From: an uncultured Chthonomonadaceae bacterium
Lineage (GTDB): Bacteria > Armatimonadota > Chthonomonadetes > Chthonomonadales > Chthonomonadaceae
Assembly: GCA_963817895.1 (NCBI GenBank)
Contig: CAWFQB010000005.1
Coordinates: 320,001 to 384,000 of the forward strand
Direction: 5' to 3'
Length of the DNA: 64,000 nucleotides
Part shown: positions 53,442 through 61,362 of the stretch, one piece after another
Numbering within the stretch: position 1 is the stretch's first letter
How the letters are laid out: each line of letters starts with the position of its first letter
Position numbers and translations under genes: made by a program
The notes under the pieces: model-generated
What the model was told of the DNA's origin: nothing
Database searches by the model: none
The model's input: the letters and a program-made list of their open reading frames with translations, nothing else

Positions 53442-54953
53442 GTGTCATTGCAGATCAATACCAACGTGACCGCGCTCAACGCGCTCGACAACCTCAACAA
53501 AGTTTCCGGCAGTGTCGCCAGCAGCATCGAAAAACTGTCTTCCGGCCTGCGCATCAACCGCGCTGCCGATGATCCCTCCGGGCTGATCATCTCCGAGTCG
53601 CTGCGCGCCCAGATTGACGGCCTCAACCAGGCCGTCAGCAACAGCCAGGACGCCACCAACCTGATCAAAACTTCCGAAGGCGCCCTTACCGAAGTGAACA
53701 GCCTGCTGCGCAACGTGCGCCAGCTTGCCGTTCACGCCGCCAACACCGGCGTCAACGACCAGGTAGCGGTACAGGCCGACCAGACGCAGATCAGTTCGGC
53801 CATTGCCAGCATCCAACGCATCGCCGAGCAGACGCAGTTCGGAACCAAGCGCCTGCTCGACGGCTCTTCGGGCATCTCCGCAGCGGTTGTGGATACCAGG
53901 AACGTGGCGGGCATCAGCATCGGCGGCGTGTTCAACAACCTCACCACGCAAAGCGGAACCGTCAACGTGGTTGTCAATTCCGTTGCCACTCGCGCTCAGG
54001 TATCGGGCACGGCTCTGGCGACGTATGCCAGCGTCAACGCCAGCATCAGCACGGTCAACGGCCTGAAAACCGGTAACGGCGGCTCGGTTGTTCTCAACGG
54101 ACAGACCATCAGCATCAGCGGTTCCGATACCGTGCAGACGCTCATCAACAAGATCAACAACCTGGCAAGCACAACCGGCGTATCCGCCGACTTCACCAGC
54201 GGCAACGGTTCGGGCGCTATCGTGCTGACGCAGCAGAACTATGGCGCCAACTTCGCCATCAACGAGAGCGAGTCTTCGCCCCTGCTGACGGGTACGGGTT
54301 CGCCCACGCTGGTCAAGGGGAGCAATGCCACTGTCACCGTTATCGCTTCCGCTCTGGTTAATGGCGTCGTCACCAGCGTCGTCGCCACCTTCACCGGGGG
54401 ACGTTCCGCCACCGACAGCGGGCTGAAAGTGACGGATACCTACGGTAACAGCATCCTGTTGCAGGAAGCGTTCCAGTCTACCTACGTCAGCCCGACAGGT
54501 TCGCCGCAGCTCACGGTTGCGACGGTTTCGGCAGGCAACTTGCAGTTCCAGATCGGCGCCAACGCCGGGCAGACGGTAACTGCGAGCCTGGGCAATGTGC
54601 GCGCCACCAACCTGGGCAATACCAGCGTGGCCGGCTCGAACCTGTCCCTGATTGATGTGACGACCGCAACGGGAGCCACCAACGCGATCACCATCACGGA
54701 TGAAGCGATTGGGCAGGTGACGCAGTTACGCGCCAATCTCGGCGCCTTCCAGAAGAACACGCTCGACTCGACCATCAACTACCTGACGGTGGGCGTGGAG
54801 AACCTGTCCGCGTCGGAAAGCCAGATACGCGACACGAACGTGGCCTCGGAAGTCGTCAACCTGACCAAGAACCAGATCATTCAGCAGGCAGGCACCTCGG
54901 TGTTGGCGCAGGCGAATCAGGCTCCGCAGTCCGTGCTTTCCCTGCTCAAGTAG
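53442..54953 (+). CDS. fliC: Flagellin
   Basis: INTNVTAL, EKLSSGLRINRAADD, FQIGAN, RANLGA.Q, SESQIRD, LAQANQ.PQ.VLSLL; GGAGG RBS before GTG. Confidence 0.97.
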   Translation: MSLQINTNVTALNALDNLNKVSGSVASSIEKLSSGLRINRAADDPSGLIISESLRAQIDGLNQAVSNSQDATNLIKTSEGALTEVNSLLRNVRQLAVHAANTGVNDQVAVQADQTQISSAIASIQRIAEQTQFGTKRLLDGSSGISAAVVDTRNVAGISIGGVFNNLTTQSGTVNVVVNSVATRAQVSGTALATYASVNASISTVNGLKTGNGGSVVLNGQTISISGSDTVQTLINKINNLASTTGVSADFTSGNGSGAIVLTQQNYGANFAINESESSPLLTGTGSPTLVKGSNATVTVIASALVNGVVTSVVATFTGGRSATDSGLKVTDTYGNSILLQEAFQSTYVSPTGSPQLTVATVSAGNLQFQIGANAGQTVTASLGNVRATNLGNTSVAGSNLSLIDVTTATGATNAITITDEAIGQVTQLRANLGAFQKNTLDSTINYLTVGVENLSASESQIRDTNVASEVVNLTKNQIIQQAGTSVLAQANQAPQSVLSLLK

Positions 54954-55082
54954 ATAGGTAGGCAGGTAGATGAGTAGATAGGTAGATAGGTAGATAGTAA
55001 ACGATAAACTGGTGGGTTTGTTGGTAAACGTTGCACACGCGATAGCCACAATCTACCTATCTACCTATCTACTTATCTACCT
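54950..55082. repeat. Palindromic octamer-array element (GTAGATAG)n with a 55-nt spacer
   Basis: 54964-54995 pairs with 55051-55082 with one G-T pair; the array begins at the fliC TAG. Confidence 0.92.
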
Positions 55083-55095
55083 TCAAGGAGTTTCC

Positions 55096-57417
55096 ATGAG
55101 CGGCAGCATCAACTTTTCAGGTCTCTCTTCCGGCATTGACAGCGCCAGTATCATTCAGCAGTTGATCGCCGTAGACAAGGCGCCGGAAAACTCCATCAAA
55201 ATTCAGCAGCAGTATCTACAGCAGCGACAAACGGCGTACACCACCATCAGCGCCAAACTGCTCGGTTTGCAGGCGGCCACGTACAGCCTGGACGCCCTGC
55301 GCGCCTTCAATCTTGTGACCGCAACGAGCAGCAGCGCGACGGTTGCGACCGTGAGCGCGCAAACCGGGGCGCAAACCGGGACGCACTCGATCAGTGTGAC
55401 CAATCTGGCGCAGGCGCAGTTGATTGGCACGGGCGCGCAAACCAGCCAGACGAACCCGCTCAACCGGCACGGACAAATCATTATCAATGGCAAGGCCATC
55501 AATTACCAGGATTCCGACAGTCTGCAAACCCTTGCCGCCAACATCAATGCGGCCCAACCGGGCGTCACGGCGTCCATCATTACGCCGACCACCGGCCAGT
55601 ACTATCTCACGCTGGGCAGCACAAATTCCGGCATTCAGGGCAAAATCAACATCAGCGACGCGGGAACGGGAACCCTGCTGGGCGGCACGCTCGGACTGTT
55701 TGCCAATACGTCGAGTTTCGCCCATCCGCTGGCAGGCGGCGTGAACGGCTCCGGCCTGTTTACCGACAGCGCGACCAGCGTAGGCACGCTGGAGGGGCAG
55801 ACATCTCCGGCTGTGGGTAATGTGCAGCTGACAATCGGCGGCGCGATACAGAACGTTTCCATTGACCTGAGCCACTCCCTGAGCCAGATTGCCAGGGACA
55901 TCAATGCTGTGGCGGCGGGAACGGCGCAGGTCGTCACCGTTACTGATCCCATTTCCAACACCAACAAGCAGCAGTTACAACTGAGCAACGTAACGGCGTT
56001 TACGGACAGCAACAACGTTCTTGCCAATCTGGGTATCGCGCAAAACAATCTGGCAACCGGCAATGAACTGACGCTGGCGCAGGATGCGGCTTTTACCATT
56101 GACAACATCAGCGCCAGCCGGGCCACCAACTCCTTTACGGACGCGATTTCGGGCGTGACCATCAATCTGCTGGCTGCCGGCAGCGCCAACCTGACTATAT
56201 CCAGCGACACAGCCACAATCAAAAGCAACATCCAGGATTTCGTCAAGGCCTATAACGACTCGCTCGACAGCATTGACAGTTACTCGCAATACGATTCTTC
56301 CAGCGGCAAAACCGGCCCGCTCTTCGGCGACAGCACCACGCAGAGCATTTACGACAGCCTTGTATCCCTGACCAATGGCACTGTCAGCGGCCTGCCCCTG
56401 AACCTGAGCCTGCTGTCTCAAATCGGCATTACACTGGGGCAGGATGACCGTCTCTCGGTGGATGACGCGACACTCTCTTCGCAATTAAGCGCGAACCTGA
56501 ACGGCGTCGCCAAACTATTTCAATCTTATGGAGTGCCGACGAACCCGACTGTGCAGTTCGTTTCGGGAACCAAAGATACCGTGCCGAGTTCCTCCAACGG
56601 GTATGCCGTGCAGGTATTTACGCCGGCAAGCCAGGCGACGTATACCACAGCGAGCGTACAAACGCAGCCGTTGTCGGCGGATGAAACGCTGACTTTCGCC
56701 GGCCCGCTGTTCGGCACGTCCACAACGGCTACTCCCTTGCAGGGGCGCAGCATTCAGCTTCTCGCGGGCGCGTCCGCGTCCGATATCGTGTCGCAAATCA
56801 ACGCGGACCCAGTTATCGGCGCGCAAATTTCCGCAACCCTGGCTCCGGGCGGGCAGCTGCGCTTTACCAGCAAGCAGTACGGCTCCGCAGCGGATTTCGC
56901 GGTCGTTTCCAGCGCCAGCATCGGGCCGGACACCAGCGGCATGGGAACCACCTCGCATGAGTTTCAGGGCGCGGATGTTGTGGGAACCATCAATGGCGAA
57001 TCGGCGACGGGGATAGGGCAGTTTTTAACGGGTTCGCAGATTGGCGGCAGTTACGGCGCAAACGGGCAAACGTTGGGCCTGCAATTGCGCGTGACGGCTA
57101 CCACGCCCGGCAGTTACGGCAATGTGGTTTACACCGCCGGTGTCGCGAATGTGGTGAAAAACTACATTACCACACAGACGGATGCCTACACGGGCGCGCT
57201 GACAACGGCGGCCAGCGGGCTTCAAACCAACATTGACAATTTTCAGAGCAACATTGACGAGATCGAGGCGAACCTTGCCAACGAACAGCAGCGTTTGAAA
57301 GATCAGTTTACGGCAATGGAAGTGGCGATTGCGCAGATCAAATCGGCCAGCGCGGGACTTGCCTCCCTGTCAACCACCAGTCTGTTGAGCAGTTCCAGCA
57401 GTTCCAGTGGCGGCTAA
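55096..57417 (+). CDS. fliD: Flagellar filament cap protein
   Basis: FSGLSSGID..IIQQL, AQDA.FTID, FVKAYN, G.LFGDS, RLKDQFTAME. Confidence 0.92.
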   Translation: MSGSINFSGLSSGIDSASIIQQLIAVDKAPENSIKIQQQYLQQRQTAYTTISAKLLGLQAATYSLDALRAFNLVTATSSSATVATVSAQTGAQTGTHSISVTNLAQAQLIGTGAQTSQTNPLNRHGQIIINGKAINYQDSDSLQTLAANINAAQPGVTASIITPTTGQYYLTLGSTNSGIQGKINISDAGTGTLLGGTLGLFANTSSFAHPLAGGVNGSGLFTDSATSVGTLEGQTSPAVGNVQLTIGGAIQNVSIDLSHSLSQIARDINAVAAGTAQVVTVTDPISNTNKQQLQLSNVTAFTDSNNVLANLGIAQNNLATGNELTLAQDAAFTIDNISASRATNSFTDAISGVTINLLAAGSANLTISSDTATIKSNIQDFVKAYNDSLDSIDSYSQYDSSSGKTGPLFGDSTTQSIYDSLVSLTNGTVSGLPLNLSLLSQIGITLGQDDRLSVDDATLSSQLSANLNGVAKLFQSYGVPTNPTVQFVSGTKDTVPSSSNGYAVQVFTPASQATYTTASVQTQPLSADETLTFAGPLFGTSTTATPLQGRSIQLLAGASASDIVSQINADPVIGAQISATLAPGGQLRFTSKQYGSAADFAVVSSASIGPDTSGMGTTSHEFQGADVVGTINGESATGIGQFLTGSQIGGSYGANGQTLGLQLRVTATTPGSYGNVVYTAGVANVVKNYITTQTDAYTGALTTAASGLQTNIDNFQSNIDEIEANLANEQQRLKDQFTAMEVAIAQIKSASAGLASLSTTSLLSSSSSSSGG

Positions 57418-57467
57418 CATATATCCTTGCAACCTGACATCCCCGAACATTCGGAGTAATACAACCC

Positions 57468-58061
57468 ATGGCTCTTGCCGATTCGTATCTCAAATCTCAT
57501 GCCGCAACAAATATCTCCGCGCCGCTGTCCAGAGTAGTGGTAAAGTCCCGAACAGGCAGCGCTTCGCAGCAGTACCAGAAGTCGCAGGTGGAAACCGCTT
57601 CCCCGACCCGGCTGGTCATCATGCTGTATGAGGGCGCGATTCGTTTTTGCCAGATTGCCCTGGATGCAATGGCCGCCCATGACCTGCCCGTTCAGCATGA
57701 GAACCTGCTCAAAGCGCAGCGCATCGTGGCGGAACTGCTCGGATCGCTGAACCGGGAAAAGGGCGGCGAAGTTGCGGACAATCTGGCGCGGCTGTACACC
57801 CATATGCTGGAACAACTGGTCGTGGCAAATCTCCACGATGAGCCGGAAGCCGTAAAACTGGTGCAATCCATGCTGCGCGATTTATGGGCCTCCTGGGTCG
57901 AAGTGGAACGGCTCGCTTCAGAGGGGGCAGGGGAAGAAAAGGAGAAGAGGAGAAAAGGAGAAGAGGAGAACAAGTTCCCGATCCCCAATGTCCAATCTTC
58001 AATCGAAAATCGCCAATCGGCAATTGGCAATCCGTCGCGTTTGGGGAGAGTCAATGCCTGA
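57468..58061 (+). CDS. fliS: Flagellar export chaperone with a repeat-derived C-terminal tail
   Basis: VETASP.RLVIMLYEGAIRF, KAQ.IV.EL..SL, NL.RLY. Confidence 0.93.
   Translation: MALADSYLKSHAATNISAPLSRVVVKSRTGSASQQYQKSQVETASPTRLVIMLYEGAIRFCQIALDAMAAHDLPVQHENLLKAQRIVAELLGSLNREKGGEVADNLARLYTHMLEQLVVANLHDEPEAVKLVQSMLRDLWASWVEVERLASEGAGEEKEKRRKGEEENKFPIPNVQSSIENRQSAIGNPSRLGRVNA
57932..58033 (+). repeat. In-frame repeat element in fliS: (GGAGAARA)n + (NNCAATC)n
   Basis: Translates as EEKEKRRKGEEENKFPIPNVQSSIENRQSAIGN. Confidence 0.85.
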
Positions 58062-58464
58062 AACAATGCAAGGGTGTGTACAAACCAACTCCGGTATGGA
58101 AGCGGAGCAAATGCGGCTGCGTTCGCTGCGCCGATTGGGGCAACTGGCCGGGGAGATACAAAACGCGCTGGCGCGCGGGAATATGGAACTGGTGGGGCAG
58201 GCGTCCCGGCTGCTCGCGCCCGCCCTGGCGCAGTGGGCCGAAGCGCGGTTGCCGCAGGATGAACACAATGCCGAAATCGCGCGTCTCATGCAGGAAGCGC
58301 GGGGAGCATTGGCGGCCTGTGAAACGTCCCTGTCCCGCGCCATGCGGGACGTTCGAGAACAGCAGGGACAGGCGCGCCAACGCCAGAAGCGCGTCAAACA
58401 CGCCCGTTCCCACAAAATCGCGCTGTCGCGTTCGGCAGGCAGAACCCTTAACCTGTGTAAGTAG
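58054..58464 (+). CDS. Small helical protein, FliT/FlgN-like by position
   Basis: Overlaps the end of fliS; GGAGAG RBS; coiled-coil composition. Confidence 0.5.
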   Translation: MPETMQGCVQTNSGMEAEQMRLRSLRRLGQLAGEIQNALARGNMELVGQASRLLAPALAQWAEARLPQDEHNAEIARLMQEARGALAACETSLSRAMRDVREQQGQARQRQKRVKHARSHKIALSRSAGRTLNLCK

Positions 58465-58492
58465 TCCTGCCCCGAAGAAGCCATTTGTAAAC

Positions 58493-58522
58493 AGCCCCGC
58501 TTCCAGAATTGGAAGCGGGGCT
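58493..58522. terminator. Hairpin between convergent genes, probable terminator
   Basis: AGCCCCGCTTCCA-GAAT-TGGAAGCGGGGCT, 13-bp stem. Confidence 0.7.
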
Positions 58523-58605
58523 AATTTATGTCGTGTTGTATCGGCTCGGACAAACGCGATGAACGGCAATTCGCAACGTTTGCGGTCTGTATCGGTTTAC
58601 GCTGT

Positions 58606-59265
58606 CTACTTGCGGCCAAGTCGCTTGCGAAGGAAACCTGCTCCCGTAACGCTCAGGCCGACGAGAAGCGCTACGCTGCTCGGTTCCGGCACGGCAGTGG
58701 CATTCACCGTTCCAAAGAACAGCGTGTAGCCTTCAGGGTTGGTGGAGTTGATGGTAAAGGAGGTGATCGTGTTGGCCGAGGTGCTGCCAATCATGAAACT
58801 CTGATCTGCTGCTGTCGCGCCAAACGCGCCCGTCGCGCCATTATAAGAGCCGGCCCCGGTCGGCCCGGTCAACGCTTGCAGCCCATCGCCAAGATTGAAA
58901 TCGGCAGTGGTGGCCGTGCCGCCGGCAACACTCAGAACGATACTGGCGCTGGGATAGTAGCTGTTGGCTCCTAAGACGATCTGGCTGATGCTGATTGGCG
59001 CGCTGAAGTTGACGGTCAGAGTTTCCGCGCCGCTGGTGGATACGAACTCCTCGAAGTTGTTTGTCCATCGGAAGACGTTGTTATCCGAGGAACCCGGAGG
59101 GAAAATCGCCCTGGCGGTTCCGGTATCGGTGATAGTGTAACTGATGCTGGAATTGGGAACGATGCCGTTCGCGTTGTGCAGCGAAATCAGTTCCTGAGCG
59201 TGGGCCTGAACGCCGCAAAAACACAAAGCTGCGGGTAAAATCGCGGTGAGAAGTGAACGTTTCAA
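58606..59265 (-). CDS. PEP-CTERM sorting domain protein
   Basis: Signal peptide (AHA); C-terminal VPEPSS + TM + RKRLGRK. Confidence 0.92.
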   Translation of the reverse strand: MKRSLLTAILPAALCFCGVQAHAQELISLHNANGIVPNSSISYTITDTGTARAIFPPGSSDNNVFRWTNNFEEFVSTSGAETLTVNFSAPISISQIVLGANSYYPSASIVLSVAGGTATTADFNLGDGLQALTGPTGAGSYNGATGAFGATAADQSFMIGSTSANTITSFTINSTNPEGYTLFFGTVNATAVPEPSSVALLVGLSVTGAGFLRKRLGRK

Positions 59266-59660
59266 ATGAGACTCCTTAATAAATGCGGGCGTTGGTGAAT
59301 GGCCGTTGCGCGACCGTTTCCACGCTATAGGTGTCGTTGAACGTGTTCTACGCCCATAAGGGAGCGGACACGAGCAGGGCTAGAAACGCAAGCGCGATTG
59401 TCAGGAGAGCGGCAAAGCGGAACGGAGTTGTCAATCTGTTTTCCTTTTCTGCGTGAAACTACGTACAATCGCCTTACCTGACCATAATACCTGTGTTTTC
59501 TATGCCAAAAGGGGTATAAACCATCAGGCTGCACAGGATTTGCACAACCTGCGCGATATTTGCACATTTCTATAATCCGGTCGTGAACTTTCCCATTCGC
59601 GCAAAAGTCGTATAATGTAAAGAAGCCTGTGGAGAATGGTCAACTATGGGGGTGTAAAGG

Positions 59661-60956
59661 TTGGAAGTAAAATTTGGCAGCCAGTTGCGGGCGTACCGGA
59701 AGATGCGGGGATTGACGCAAGCGCAGTTGGCAATCCGCAGTGGCGTGGTTCTGCGGAGTGTCGCGTATTGGGAGCAGGACGCCCATGTACCCGGTATCGG
59801 AGAATTGGAGAGCCTTGCCAGCGCGTTGAGCCTGACCCGCGAGGAGCGGCAAACGCTTCTTTCGTTTTTGCCGACAGGCAAAGTGAGCAAAATCGTTCGG
59901 GGCGCAACGGTTTGGACCGACATCGCTCCCCCCGGCGCAGGCGATTTGATCCGGGCTATGCGCTGGCGGAAGCGGCTGTCGCGGGATCAGGTCGCTCAGG
60001 CGCTTGGCGTTCATCCCACGACTATAATGCGTTGGGAGGCGGCGCAGAGTGTTCCCGATGAAGAAGTGCGGCTTCGGCTGGGCAATGCGCTAGGCGCGTT
60101 GCCGGAAGAACGCGCCGCTCTGCTGGCGCCGCCCCGTGCCATACCCCTGTGGACCGGAATTGCGCCGACGCTGGACGCCTACAGGGAAGAAGCGGCGCGT
60201 CTGGAGCGCGGCAGCGGCAGGGAGGCTGATCCCCTGTTCGATCTGCGCGCCTACCTGCTCACGGGAACGCTGTGGAACCTGGCGGCGCGAGAACCGCTAG
60301 CGCGCTTGATTCTGGCGCAGACGTATGCCGCCCGCGCCGTGTACTCCTGCGTCAGGGGCAATGATGACGCAGCGTTGAATTACTCGGGGCGCTCGCTGGA
60401 TCTTCTTTTCGGGGAAAAGTCGCCGCCGAAAGGGACTCTGTATCTGGCGCTGTGGGCCGAAGGCCATGCTCTGGCGCATCGTTCGCCGCAGTTTGGCCCG
60501 GAGCAGAGTCTTCGGCAGGAAAAGCGCTGGCTTCTTAAATTGGGAACGGACAAAGCGCCCGCTTTTCTGCTGATGAACGCGGCGTGGTGGGCCCTGGAGT
60601 CTGGTTCGCTGCGGGAAGCGCGGAACTACTGGCAGGCGGCAAACGCCCGCGCGGAGAGCGGCGAAACGATTTCCGTTTACGTTCGCGAGGGGATTCAAAC
60701 GACGCATGCCAATCTTCTGGTTGAGGAGGGGCGCTACGAGGAAGCCTTAGCGGTCGGCCTGCAAATTCCGGGCGAGGCGTATCACCGTCCCATTATGCGT
60801 CAACTCTTCCAAACATCTGTTTTCCTGAAAATGGGTGAGCGCAACGACGCGGACAGCCATTTGCGGCAGGCTTACTCTTTAATTGCAGAGAGGCAGGCGG
60901 ATTTCTTTACAAAAGAGGCCGATGCGCTTGCAAAGCAACTGGAACGCAACGCCTGA
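59661..60956 (+). CDS. XRE regulator with two HTH domains and a helical (TPR-like) C-terminus
   Basis: LRAYR..RGLTQAQLA..WE and IRAMR..LSRDQVA..TIMRWE. Confidence 0.8.
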   Translation: MEVKFGSQLRAYRKMRGLTQAQLAIRSGVVLRSVAYWEQDAHVPGIGELESLASALSLTREERQTLLSFLPTGKVSKIVRGATVWTDIAPPGAGDLIRAMRWRKRLSRDQVAQALGVHPTTIMRWEAAQSVPDEEVRLRLGNALGALPEERAALLAPPRAIPLWTGIAPTLDAYREEAARLERGSGREADPLFDLRAYLLTGTLWNLAAREPLARLILAQTYAARAVYSCVRGNDDAALNYSGRSLDLLFGEKSPPKGTLYLALWAEGHALAHRSPQFGPEQSLRQEKRWLLKLGTDKAPAFLLMNAAWWALESGSLREARNYWQAANARAESGETISVYVREGIQTTHANLLVEEGRYEEALAVGLQIPGEAYHRPIMRQLFQTSVFLKMGERNDADSHLRQAYSLIAERQADFFTKEADALAKQLERNA

Positions 60957-60967
60957 CAACGCTATTA

Positions 60968-61336
60968 TTGGAAAAAAGCATAGAAGAAAATAAGGGCCAA
61001 TCGTATGCTGTCGAAGATTTACGGGGCGCGATTTCCAGGGTATTTCGCTCGTGGGAGGAGTTCTCAGGGGCGATTTCCAGGTTTTGCATCACTGGCGTCA
61101 TGGATGTGGCGCAGGATCGCTATACCCTCACGCGCGTTGACTTTGAAAACGGATACTACAAATCGCACCTGCTGGCGCATCTGGAAATCCGCGACGGCAA
61201 AATCTGGATTCTGACCGACAACACAGAAGAGGGCATTGCCACGGAACTGGTGGAGGCAGGTATAGCAAAGGCGGATATTGTTCTTGGTTATTATCCGCCG
61301 AGCCTGCGCGAAATGGGAGAGTTTTCCGTCGCCTGA
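60968..61336 (+). CDS. XisI family protein
   Basis: HLEIRDGKIWI.TDNTEEGIATELVEAGI.K.DIVLG. Confidence 0.88.
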   Translation: MEKSIEENKGQSYAVEDLRGAISRVFRSWEEFSGAISRFCITGVMDVAQDRYTLTRVDFENGYYKSHLLAHLEIRDGKIWILTDNTEEGIATELVEAGIAKADIVLGYYPPSLREMGEFSVA

Positions 61337-61362
61337 AACCACTTTTTAATCAAGGTTAACAT

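Noticed and set aside
53340..55095. Extended N-termini of fliC (53340) and fliD (55012) in the ORF track
   Set aside because: These are read-throughs of repeat arms; RBS-supported starts are at 53442 and 55096.
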